Source of the DNA: Candidatus Daviesbacteria bacterium
GTDB lineage: Bacteria; Patescibacteriota; Microgenomatia; Daviesbacterales; UBA10151
Reading direction: 5' to 3'
NCBI GenBank assembly: GCA_016186955.1
Contig: JACPKP010000009.1
Location: 161,595-225,594 of the forward strand
Length of the DNA stretch: 64,000 nucleotides
Shown here piece by piece: positions 40,022 through 49,551 of the stretch. The position numbers and the translations under genes were made by a program. The stretch's first letter is position 1; every line of letters begins with the position of its first letter. Under the pieces are notes generated by a model. The model saw nothing but the letters and a program-made list of their open reading frames with translations. It was not told where the DNA came from and did no database searches.

Positions 40022-41886
40022 TGTGTGGAATATCAGGGTTTGTGAATTTTTCTTCCCAGCCAAAAAGAGATATTTTTAAAAAAAGCCTTGACCGGATCTT
40101 CCATAGGGGCCCGGATTCATCGGGTATATATATTGACAAAAATGTAGCCTTAGGAGTAAGGCGACTTAGCATAATTGATCTTTCAACAGGCAACCAGCCA
40201 ATCAGCAATGAGAATAATACGGTAACAGTTGTTTTTAACGGGGAGATCTATAACTTCCAAAACTTGCGGGAAATATTAATTGCAGAAAATCACAAATTTA
40301 AGACCCAATCAGATACCGAGACGTTGGTGCATTTATATGAGAAATACGGGGAAAACATGACAAAATATTTAAACGGCATGTTTGCTTTTGCAATTTGGGA
40401 TAAATTAAACCAAAAATTATTTATGGCAAGGGATCCTGCCGGTGTTAAACCGCTGTATTTTTGGCAAAAAGAGGATAAATTGATTTTTGGATCCGAGCTA
40501 AAAACTATTTTGGGCAATCCATTAGTCAAAAGAGAGATTGATATAAAAAGCTTATCTTTATACACATATTTTGGTTATGTTCCCACAGAGAGATCAATCT
40601 TTACAAATATACATAAATTATTACCCGGTCATTCAATTACCTTTTCAAAGAGAGGTTTTAAGATGCGCCAATATTTTAAACTATCAAAAAAGAAAGATAT
40701 AGAAAATATTAACTTGGATAATTTATTTGCCGATGCAATAAAGTTACAATCTGTTGCAGATGTACCACTGGGAGTTTTTTTAAGCGGTGGCTTAGACTCA
40801 AGTTTAGTTACTTATTATTTGAGGAGAACCAATACAAAAGTTAAAACTTTCTCAATAGCATTTGATGAAAGAAGTTTTGACGAAGGTGGTTTAGCTTCAG
40901 AAGTAGCGGGTATTTTAGAAACCAAACACAGAAGCGATATTTTTTCTTATAAGGATATGATTTCGCTTTTTCCTAAGATAACGGAAAAATTAGACGAGCC
41001 TTTAGCCGACCCCTCCCTTTTTCCTACGTTTAAAGTATGTAAGTTTGCCAGAAAATATGTAAAAGTTGTTTTAAGCGGTGACGGTGGAGATGAACTATTT
41101 GGTGGATATCCCACATACCAGGGACATATACTTGCCAAGAAAACTTCTTTGGTACCTTCATTTTTAACCTCAAGTTTAAGCAGGTTGCTTAGTGTGTTAC
41201 CCAGATCCTTCGAAAATTACCCAAATGTTGAAATACTGGGCAGTTTTTTGAATGGGTTGCATAAACCGGAATTTGAAAGGCAACTATTTTGGATGAGTTT
41301 ATTTTCACAACATCCAGATAAATACCGTTTTCTTTTCAAAAATCCTTTTTTAGAGAAAGAATTGTTCAATTTTATGGGTACAGGTAAACATCATCAGGAT
41401 TGGGATGAAATAAGAAAAATGAAGGTTGATATAACCCGCAAAATGCAGCTTGTTGATTTTAATACATATTTAACGGATGACCTATTAACAAAGGTTGATA
41501 GGGCATCAATGTTTAATTCTTTAGAGGTTAGGGTTCCTTTTTTGGATCCTGAAATTATCAATTTTGCATTTTTCACTAGCCAAAACCATGTTGATTTTTT
41601 CAAAACTAAAAAAATTATAAGAAAACTATTAAAAAATAAATTGCCGGAAACAGTGATCAAAAGAAAAAAGAAAGGATTTGGTGTGCCAATCTCCAGATGG
41701 ATAGCGCATGATCTAAAAGAATTTACACAAGGTTTGCTGCAAAATAAAAAATTAGAGACCTATTTTAGCAGGGGAGAGATTTCAAAGTTATGGGTTAACC
41801 ATCAAAACCGAAAAGAAGATAATGGAAAAATAATTTGGATGTTGGTTATGTTTAGTGGGTGGTTAAATAATTGGGGTAAAGAGTGA
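40021..41886 (+). CDS. asnB: asparagine synthase (glutamine-hydrolysing) family amidotransferase
   Basis: MCGISG, HRGPD, RLSIID, FNGEIYN, LSGGLDSS, LSGDGGDELFGGY, KVDRASM..SLEVRVPFLD. Confidence 0.93.
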   Translation: MCGISGFVNFSSQPKRDIFKKSLDRIFHRGPDSSGIYIDKNVALGVRRLSIIDLSTGNQPISNENNTVTVVFNGEIYNFQNLREILIAENHKFKTQSDTETLVHLYEKYGENMTKYLNGMFAFAIWDKLNQKLFMARDPAGVKPLYFWQKEDKLIFGSELKTILGNPLVKREIDIKSLSLYTYFGYVPTERSIFTNIHKLLPGHSITFSKRGFKMRQYFKLSKKKDIENINLDNLFADAIKLQSVADVPLGVFLSGGLDSSLVTYYLRRTNTKVKTFSIAFDERSFDEGGLASEVAGILETKHRSDIFSYKDMISLFPKITEKLDEPLADPSLFPTFKVCKFARKYVKVVLSGDGGDELFGGYPTYQGHILAKKTSLVPSFLTSSLSRLLSVLPRSFENYPNVEILGSFLNGLHKPEFERQLFWMSLFSQHPDKYRFLFKNPFLEKELFNFMGTGKHHQDWDEIRKMKVDITRKMQLVDFNTYLTDDLLTKVDRASMFNSLEVRVPFLDPEIINFAFFTSQNHVDFFKTKKIIRKLLKNKLPETVIKRKKKGFGVPISRWIAHDLKEFTQGLLQNKKLETYFSRGEISKLWVNHQNRKEDNGKIIWMLVMFSGWLNNWGKE

Positions 41887-41901
41887 TATACTCATTTTAA
41901 G

Positions 41902-43593
41902 TTGAAAAAAATTTACTGGATACTTTTTATTTTAATATTTTCTCTGAGTGTCTTTTTGAGGGTATGGCAGCTGAATAAGGCGCCTGTTGAGCTTTTTGGT
42001 GACGAGATAGATGTTGGTTTACAGGCATATTCTATTTCAAAAACAGGCAAGGATTATTTCGGTAATACGTTACCTATCATGTTTCATTCATTTAGCGAAT
42101 ACAGGCTACCCTTTTTTATATATTCTGCAGTTCCATTTATAAACATATTTGGTTTGAATGAATGGGGTGTGAGGCTAACAGGAGTGTTTTGGGGACTTTT
42201 AGGTATCATCGGAATTTTTCTTCTGGCAAAAGATATTTTCAATTTCAGAATAAGTATAATAGCATTTTTTTTATTAGCTATTACCCCATGGCATCTTCAG
42301 TATTCAAGGCAGGCAGGCATTGAATCCGGCATGTTACTTACCTTTATTATTTTTGCAGTCTGGTTTTTTATAAAAGGGCTTAAAAAATATACGTGGTTAT
42401 TAATATCGGTTCTGCTTTTTTCTTTGTCAATCTATGTTTATGCAACGGCCCTAATATTTGTAGTAATTTTGAGTATTTGCCTTTTAACTCTTTTTTGGAA
42501 AGATATTAAAAAACAGGGGGTTATGAAAATAACACTTCTGGTAATTTTATGTTTTGTAATATTAATTCCGTATACAAATTTATACTCTAGCGGTAAGGCC
42601 GGACAAAGATTTTCTACGATTTCAATTTTTGGCGATAAAGATATTAATGATGAGATATTTTCAAGAAGAAACCAGGAAGCAGTCCCTTTTTCGTCGATAT
42701 TCCATAACCGTTTTTTAACTTTTGGCCAGGAAATTGGAAAAAATTATTTGCGCTCTTTTTCGACAGAATTTTTATTTGTTAACGGTGACCCCAATCTTCG
42801 GCAATCAGTCGGAGGAGTGGGTGAGTTTTTTATTTTTGAACTGATTTTAATACTTTTGGGGTTTTATGTGTTTTTTAAGAAAGGTTATAAAAAAGAAGCC
42901 AAGATACTGCTTTTCTGGTTGTTGATTGCCCCTATACCTTCAAGCCTGACAAAAGATGGTGGTTATCATGCCTCAAGGCTGATGTTGATGTTAGCCCCCC
43001 TGGTTTTATTTGCAGCTTTGGGCTTAAATTATCTGACTGAACAGGTTGGTAACATCAAGAAAATACTGCTGATTTTGATCACTGGCTTAGCTGTTTTGAA
43101 TATAACAATTTATCTGCATAGATATTATACAGAATGGCCGAAGGATAGTTTCAGATTTTGGCAAGGCGGGTATAAGGAAGCGATAAGCTATATTAAAACT
43201 GAAGATTTAAAATATTCAAGAATTTATTTTAATAATACGTATGAACCTGCCCTACCAAGGTTTATGTTTTGGTATGCCTATGATCCTATAAAATTCCAGA
43301 AAGTATTTTATGGATCGGTTGCAGAAAAAGATATTGTGCCAGGATTTAATGGTTTTAAATTAGAAGATAAGTATTATTTTGGTATTCTCAATAATCTAAT
43401 TGAGGATAAGGGGTTTGCCCAGTTGATGAAAGATAAAGAGCTATATTTGGTGTCAGTAAGGGATGAGGTTGGCTCGGCTGATTGGGAATCTTCACCGCCG
43501 GTTCATTTAAATATATTAAAAAAAATATATAATCCGGTAAACAGAAAACCAATTCTTTTTGTTGTTACAAAAAAGGATGTCAAAAATGACTAA
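41902..43593 (+). CDS. ArnT/PMT-family GT-C glycosyltransferase
   Basis: FGDEIDVGLQAYSISKTGKDYFG, FGLNEWGVRL, PWHLQYSR, FLFVNGDPNLRQ. Confidence 0.87.
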   Translation: MKKIYWILFILIFSLSVFLRVWQLNKAPVELFGDEIDVGLQAYSISKTGKDYFGNTLPIMFHSFSEYRLPFFIYSAVPFINIFGLNEWGVRLTGVFWGLLGIIGIFLLAKDIFNFRISIIAFFLLAITPWHLQYSRQAGIESGMLLTFIIFAVWFFIKGLKKYTWLLISVLLFSLSIYVYATALIFVVILSICLLTLFWKDIKKQGVMKITLLVILCFVILIPYTNLYSSGKAGQRFSTISIFGDKDINDEIFSRRNQEAVPFSSIFHNRFLTFGQEIGKNYLRSFSTEFLFVNGDPNLRQSVGGVGEFFIFELILILLGFYVFFKKGYKKEAKILLFWLLIAPIPSSLTKDGGYHASRLMLMLAPLVLFAALGLNYLTEQVGNIKKILLILITGLAVLNITIYLHRYYTEWPKDSFRFWQGGYKEAISYIKTEDLKYSRIYFNNTYEPALPRFMFWYAYDPIKFQKVFYGSVAEKDIVPGFNGFKLEDKYYFGILNNLIEDKGFAQLMKDKELYLVSVRDEVGSADWESSPPVHLNILKKIYNPVNRKPILFVVTKKDVKND

Positions 43594-44281
43594 ACTTACC
43601 TCCTTGTCAATATTTTTTCCTGCTTTTAATGAAGAAAAAAATATACCAATTGTAATAGCGCAGGTTTTATCCGTGGCGCCGAATATAAGTAAAAAATTTG
43701 AAATCATCATTATAAACGACGGATCAGTGGATGGTACAAAAGAAGTAGTAGAGAGAACTACCAGAAAAAATAAAAATGTAAGACTGGTAAACCATAAAAA
43801 AAACTTAGGGTATGGGGCTGCTTTAAAGTCGGGTTTTTATAACAGTAAATATGACTATATTACCTATATGGACTCAGACGGTCAATTTAATTTTTCCCAA
43901 ATTGAAAAATTAATTTCCAAAATTGGCAAAACGGATATAGTTGTCGGATTTAGAATTAAAAGAGCGGATAGATTGATACGGGTTTTAAACGGAAAGCTTT
44001 GGAATTTAATGGTCAGTCTTTTACTGGGGATTAATTTAAAAGATATCGATTGTGGGTTTAAGTTGGTTAAAAAAGAGGTTATTGAAAAAATCCCAAGATT
44101 GGAATCAAATGGCGCAACTATTTCAGCTGAACTTTTAGTTAAAGCGAAAAAAATGGGGTTTAAAATAGAACAGGTTGGTCTTGTCCATGAGCCCCGAAGA
44201 TTCGGCAATGCTACAGGAGGCAATCCGCTGCATATTTTCAGGGCATTTTATGACCTTTTTAAGTTATTACCTAAACTATGA
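43586..44281 (+). CDS. GT2 polyprenol-phosphate glycosyltransferase (paralog of 18458)
   Basis: SIFFPAFNEE, NDGS, NLGYGAALKSG, MDSDGQF, DIDCGFK. Confidence 0.9.
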   Translation: MTKLTSLSIFFPAFNEEKNIPIVIAQVLSVAPNISKKFEIIIINDGSVDGTKEVVERTTRKNKNVRLVNHKKNLGYGAALKSGFYNSKYDYITYMDSDGQFNFSQIEKLISKIGKTDIVVGFRIKRADRLIRVLNGKLWNLMVSLLLGINLKDIDCGFKLVKKEVIEKIPRLESNGATISAELLVKAKKMGFKIEQVGLVHEPRRFGNATGGNPLHIFRAFYDLFKLLPKL

Positions 44282-45951
44282 AAATGCTACTTGCAGGAAT
44301 AATTGCATTAGGGTTTTTATTAAGAGTTATTTGGCTTGACCAGTTTCCGGTGGGTTTTACAGGTGATGAAGCACAGCAGGGATACAGCGCTTACTCTATT
44401 TTAAAAACAGGCAGGGATGAATGGGGGCAATTTTTGACACTCTTCCCAAGAGGTTTTGGCGATTATAAACCGCCACTTTACACATACCTTTCTATTCCTT
44501 CAGTTGCAATTTTTGGTCTTAATGACTTTGCCGTCAGATTCCTCACTGCATTACTTGGGACTTTGACAATACTTATAGCTTATTTTTTAGGAAAAGAATT
44601 ATTTAGTAGAAATGTAGGTATTTGGTCTGCACTGCTTTTGGCTATTTCTCCTTGGGGCATACAATTATCCAGAACCGCTTTTGAGGGAGGTATAGGGATA
44701 CCAATATTTGGTTTAGGTTTATTATTTTATCTGCGGAGTAAAAGACCTGACCGCCGCAGACCTAAAAGAAACCAACTTTTCTTAATTCTATCATTTCTAA
44801 TCTTCGGATTTAATCTTTATTCCTATCATTCATGGAGACTGTTTACGATAATATTTTTACCGGTAATTATAATAAATGAATATCTAGAAAACAAAAAATG
44901 GAAAACACTGCTTCTCCCGGTTTTAATATTTTCCTTATTTCTTTTACCATTAGTTTCTAATTCAGCAACGGTTTTAAAAAGATCGAGTGATGTAAGTATA
45001 TTTTCAGAAAAAAACATAAAAAATTATTTCGTTAATAAAGGCACTTCGGATTTACCGGAAAATATAGCGAGAATATTTGACAACAAAATAATATTTATAA
45101 CAGACCAATTTTTAACTAATTACCTGTCTTATTTTTCGCCGACATTTTTTTTCACCGGCTCCCGGCCGGATAATTCATACCTTAATTTTCCCGGCACACC
45201 TTTGATGTATTTTGTGGAAATAATATTTGTAGGCGTTGGCATCTTAGGCTTGATGAAAAATAAAGAGAAAAATGCAAAATTAATTTATACATGCCTTATT
45301 TTCGCCCCGATCCCAGCTGCATTAACTGATGGTTTTAATGCGCAGAGAGCCACTACATTTTTACCCCTGATGACAATTATATCTGCATATGGACTAAACT
45401 CAATTATCTCGAATACAGGTATTAAATTGTTTAAAAAATATCAAAGTTTAATACAACTTATTCCCATTTTTGTCCTTCTCGGTAGTACAACTCTATTTCT
45501 TTATAACTATGTCTATAAATTGCCCAAGCACCCCGCTAATAATTTACGGTATGGATATAGGGAAGCTTTTTTGAAAGCAATTAGTTTGGAGGATCAATTT
45601 GATTCTATTGTATTTTCAAAAGAATTTTCAATGCCGCAAATATTTATTGCCTTTTATAAAAGAACAGATCCTTGGTATTTTCAAAGTTCATCACAAGATT
45701 GGTTAAGGTATGAACAAGCAAAGAAAACTTACGTAGATCAATTGGAGAGCTACAATCTGGGAAAATATGAAATAAAGGATATAAATTGGGAAAAAGAACT
45801 TAAAAGCGGTAAACATGAATTGCTGGTGAGTTCTTATAGTAATTTTCCCGAGAAAGTTAAACCGGTTTTAGATATTAAATCTCCCAAAGGTGTTATTATT
45901 TATAGATTGGTTTCAACGAGTGAAAATCAACCTGTGGAAGTGCAGAAATGA
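44278..45951 (+). CDS. ArnT/PMT-family GT-C glycosyltransferase
   Basis: GFTGDEAQQGYSAYSILKTGRDEWG, GDYKPPLY, SRTAFE. Confidence 0.87.
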   Translation: MKMLLAGIIALGFLLRVIWLDQFPVGFTGDEAQQGYSAYSILKTGRDEWGQFLTLFPRGFGDYKPPLYTYLSIPSVAIFGLNDFAVRFLTALLGTLTILIAYFLGKELFSRNVGIWSALLLAISPWGIQLSRTAFEGGIGIPIFGLGLLFYLRSKRPDRRRPKRNQLFLILSFLIFGFNLYSYHSWRLFTIIFLPVIIINEYLENKKWKTLLLPVLIFSLFLLPLVSNSATVLKRSSDVSIFSEKNIKNYFVNKGTSDLPENIARIFDNKIIFITDQFLTNYLSYFSPTFFFTGSRPDNSYLNFPGTPLMYFVEIIFVGVGILGLMKNKEKNAKLIYTCLIFAPIPAALTDGFNAQRATTFLPLMTIISAYGLNSIISNTGIKLFKKYQSLIQLIPIFVLLGSTTLFLYNYVYKLPKHPANNLRYGYREAFLKAISLEDQFDSIVFSKEFSMPQIFIAFYKRTDPWYFQSSSQDWLRYEQAKKTYVDQLESYNLGKYEIKDINWEKELKSGKHELLVSSYSNFPEKVKPVLDIKSPKGVIIYRLVSTSENQPVEVQK

Positions 45952-48398
45952 AACAAATAAAACTATCAGTTATTATTCCCGCCTATAACGAAGCAGAAAA
46001 TTTTAAAAGGGGGGTGCTAGAGGAGGTTAATAAATTCTTAAAAAAACAGAAATATTTATGGGAAGTAGTACTGGTGAACGATGGTTCTACAGATGCAACC
46101 TTTAAGTTATTAAAAACCTTCTCAACGAAAAATCCTGGATTTAGGGTTTTGGATATACCCCATGGGGGTAAGGTGGCAGCTGTTTCAGCGGGAATAAAAG
46201 ATGCAAAAGGAGAGATAGTTTTATTTACTGATTTTGACCAATCAACCCCGATTAGTGAGGTAGAAAAAGTTTTACGCGAGTTCAAAAGAGGGGTTGATGT
46301 AGTGGTTGGAGAGAGGCCGAGTAAAGATGTCAACAGGTCTTTCTTCCAGATGATAAGGAGTAAAGCTTTTAATTTAGCTGTTCAGGCAGTTGCTTTACCT
46401 GGTATTAAAGATACGCAATGTGGTTTTAAAGCATTCAAAAGTGAAATCGGCAAAAAATTGTTTAACGAGCTTAAAGTGACACACCGCACCCAAAAAGGCG
46501 GGTACATGGGAGCTTTTGATGTAGAAATTTTATTTTTAGCAAGGAAATATGGATATAAAATTATCTCGATACCGGTTTCCTGGAAATATTTTAAATCAGG
46601 CAGGTTGTCATCTTTAGAACCTCTTAAAATGCTCAGGGATGTTTTTTCCGTTTGGTTGTTCGGTTTGAGTGGTCAATACCAGATCCCACAAAGCGGTGCT
46701 GAGCAAACAGGCGGGTTTAGATACCATTTTGTTGCAATTGTTATTTTGCTTATTTTAACCATCCCGGCTGTGGTTGGTGTCATTAAACCCGGGTATTTTA
46801 GGATGCATGATGATTTGCAGGCTATGAGGCAGCTTGTTATGGATAAATGCTTTAATGATTTACAAATCCCCTGCCGTTGGTCGGAGGATTTGGGCTATGG
46901 GTATGGCTATCCCCTTTTTAATTTTTATCCCCCGCTTCCATACTATTTTGGGCAGGTCATACACTGGAGCGGTTTTTCTTTTACGAATACCTTTAAAGTT
47001 TTAGTTGTCCTCAACTTTATTGTTACCGGTCTGGCAATGTATCTTTTGGCCCAGGAATTTTGGGGAAGGTGGGGGGGGCTTATTTCAGCTTTATTTTATG
47101 TTTATGCCCCTTACCATGCTGTTGATGTTTATGTCAGGGCAGCGATAAATGAAGCTTGGGCGCTGGCCTGGTTTCCTATTATATTTTGGTCTTTATACAA
47201 ATTGATTACCACCAAAAAATGGTTTTATGTCCCAATACTTGCACTATCAAGCGCTTTTTTAATGTTATCACATAACCCGATGCTGATGATTTTTGTGCCA
47301 TTTGCAATAATTTGGGCAATTTATTGGTTAGTGGTGACAAGAGAATTTAGGGTTGTTCTTAAATTGGTTGTTGGGGGAATTTGGGCCTTAGGGTTGGCTG
47401 CTTTTTTTACCCTACCGGTTATATTTGAACAAAAATATGCCCATTTGGAGACACTTGTTAGCGGATACTTTAATTATTTAGCGCATTTTGCAACAGTCAA
47501 TGAATTATTTATTTCAATAAATTGGGGATATGGTGATTCCAGGTTTGGGCCCATTGACGATATGAGCTTTGCGGTAGGACATCTGCATTGGATATTATCA
47601 TTGTTGACGCTTTCAGTTGCGTTGTTGCTTATCAGAAAAAAATTAAGGATTTCTTTAATGATTATTTTAGTTTTTTTTACGACACTTTTTTTTACATTCT
47701 TGGCACATGAAAAGTCTTCATTTATTTGGAGTGCAATAAAAAGCTTGGAATTCCTGCAGTTTCCTTGGAGATTTTTAACCCTGTCAGTCTTCGGGACCTC
47801 TTTTTTAGCAGGCAGCATTGTGTTGTTTGATCAAAAATTTTTCATCAAAACCAGACCCTTTTTTATTATCTTGGCAATTGCCGGTGTAATCTATTTAAAC
47901 AAGAATTATTTTTACTTCAAAGATTATTGGCCTTGGGTTACAGATCAGGTAAAGTTTTCCGGTGAGTTATGGAGGCTTCAGATCACCTCCGGTATTTTTG
48001 ATTACCTGCCAATTTGGGCGCCGCTTCCTCCTGCTAAGCCTCCAAATGGAGATGCTGAAGTTCCTGAAGGAATAGGAGAGGCAAGACTCTTATTTAAAAA
48101 CAGTATTAGGCAGGAATATACAGTCAGAATGCAGGAAAGCGGGGTTTTGCGTCTGAATACATTTTATTTTCCGGGTTGGAAATATTTTGTAGATGGGGTA
48201 GAGGTAAATGTTGACCCATATGAAGATAAGGAGTTGGGCAGGCCCCGCATTAAACTGGCCCCCGGAAACTATAAAGTTAGCGCTAAATTTACTAATACGC
48301 CAGTAAGAGTAATCGGGGACACTTTTTCACTGATATCTTGGCTTGCGTTAATTGTTTTAGTAGGATACAAACCATTACGAAGATTAAAAAATGTTTAA
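45948..48398 (+). CDS. fusion of a GT2 polyprenyl-phosphate glucosyltransferase and a YfhO/PTPS-related GT-C membrane domain
   Basis: N-half VIIPAYNE, FTDFDQSTP, DTQCGFK. C-half MHDD, PCRW..DLGYGYGYPLFNFYPPL, QFPWRFL, FYFPGW. Confidence 0.85.
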   Translation: MKQIKLSVIIPAYNEAENFKRGVLEEVNKFLKKQKYLWEVVLVNDGSTDATFKLLKTFSTKNPGFRVLDIPHGGKVAAVSAGIKDAKGEIVLFTDFDQSTPISEVEKVLREFKRGVDVVVGERPSKDVNRSFFQMIRSKAFNLAVQAVALPGIKDTQCGFKAFKSEIGKKLFNELKVTHRTQKGGYMGAFDVEILFLARKYGYKIISIPVSWKYFKSGRLSSLEPLKMLRDVFSVWLFGLSGQYQIPQSGAEQTGGFRYHFVAIVILLILTIPAVVGVIKPGYFRMHDDLQAMRQLVMDKCFNDLQIPCRWSEDLGYGYGYPLFNFYPPLPYYFGQVIHWSGFSFTNTFKVLVVLNFIVTGLAMYLLAQEFWGRWGGLISALFYVYAPYHAVDVYVRAAINEAWALAWFPIIFWSLYKLITTKKWFYVPILALSSAFLMLSHNPMLMIFVPFAIIWAIYWLVVTREFRVVLKLVVGGIWALGLAAFFTLPVIFEQKYAHLETLVSGYFNYLAHFATVNELFISINWGYGDSRFGPIDDMSFAVGHLHWILSLLTLSVALLLIRKKLRISLMIILVFFTTLFFTFLAHEKSSFIWSAIKSLEFLQFPWRFLTLSVFGTSFLAGSIVLFDQKFFIKTRPFFIILAIAGVIYLNKNYFYFKDYWPWVTDQVKFSGELWRLQITSGIFDYLPIWAPLPPAKPPNGDAEVPEGIGEARLLFKNSIRQEYTVRMQESGVLRLNTFYFPGWKYFVDGVEVNVDPYEDKELGRPRIKLAPGNYKVSAKFTNTPVRVIGDTFSLISWLALIVLVGYKPLRRLKNV

Positions 48399-49551
48399 TC
48401 TGCTAAAAAAACCATACATAATTTTTCTTTCTATATTTTCTGTTTACATTCTGTTTTTAGCTCTTGTCACCAGAGTTATTTTTATCTATCATTTGAGCGC
48501 TCAGAACTTATTGCTCTTAGGGCTTTTAGGTATAGATTTTTCTTTACCCTTTTGGGGGATATACCTTTTTGCAATAGGAAGTTTTTTAGTATTCAGCCTA
48601 ATCTCTTTTAAACTTTTTCCCCGCCCATACAGTTACTATCCGTTGCTAATTTATGCAATTACACCTTGGTTTCATTACCTGACTGTCGCCAGATCCGTTT
48701 ACATATATTTACTTTTTTTAACATTGATCTCTTTTTTCGGATTGATACTTATAAAACAAAAAAAGGAAAAGTTAGGTTTGGCCTTATTTTTAGCAGGAAG
48801 TTCACTTTCAATTTACAGCTTTATAACGCCCCTTTTTATGTACGCAATACTGCTTTGTATCTTGAAGATAACAAAGCTACTTAGGCCGCAAATTACCAAG
48901 GTAATGGTAATAACTTTTATTGTAACTATTATTCCTTTAGGAGCTTTAATTAGGTTCCGCCCGCAAGCTTTTGAAAATATGTATCAAAATGAAGTAACAA
49001 TTTTCTCAAACCCCGGGTTACTTTCCGACAGTAACCGCCTCCAGGGGGACTCTAAAGCCATGGGTTTTTCATATTTAGCTAAGTTATCCGAGAATAAGTA
49101 TTTTTATGTTGGGAAATATTCATTAATGAAGCTTTTATATCAATTTACACCATCAACTTATTTTACACCTGAGGAAAAATTATTAAACTTTTCGTTTACT
49201 CCTCCGCTTTTTTTGGGTTTTTTAATCCCGTTTATTTATGGATTTTATAAAATCATTTATGAAAAAAATTTGAGAAAGTACCTCTTAATTTTGCCGGTTC
49301 TTGTTCTGCCATCGTTTTTATCGCAAAAAATTGTTAATTTAAACCATCTTGTAATAATCGGACCGGCAATAATTTTATTTTCAGGTTATGGATTAACACT
49401 TCTTTCAAAAAGAAAGATACTACTTTTAATGACAATAGTAATAGTTTTAACCCAAATTTTATTTACAACTCTGGATATAGTCCAAAGAGAGGATATCCGT
49501 TACCATAAAAATTTTGGAGTAAATATTTTAAATGATTTGGGAAGACAATGA
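48391..49551 (+). CDS. degenerate GT-C-like membrane protein lacking the DE loop
   Basis: Shares paralog-like segments (YAITPWF, TIFSNPG, FTPSTYF, PLFLGFLIPF) but has no DE..GY.AYS N-terminal loop or C-terminal soluble domain. Confidence 0.6.
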   Translation: MFNLLKKPYIIFLSIFSVYILFLALVTRVIFIYHLSAQNLLLLGLLGIDFSLPFWGIYLFAIGSFLVFSLISFKLFPRPYSYYPLLIYAITPWFHYLTVARSVYIYLLFLTLISFFGLILIKQKKEKLGLALFLAGSSLSIYSFITPLFMYAILLCILKITKLLRPQITKVMVITFIVTIIPLGALIRFRPQAFENMYQNEVTIFSNPGLLSDSNRLQGDSKAMGFSYLAKLSENKYFYVGKYSLMKLLYQFTPSTYFTPEEKLLNFSFTPPLFLGFLIPFIYGFYKIIYEKNLRKYLLILPVLVLPSFLSQKIVNLNHLVIIGPAIILFSGYGLTLLSKRKILLLMTIVIVLTQILFTTLDIVQREDIRYHKNFGVNILNDLGRQ

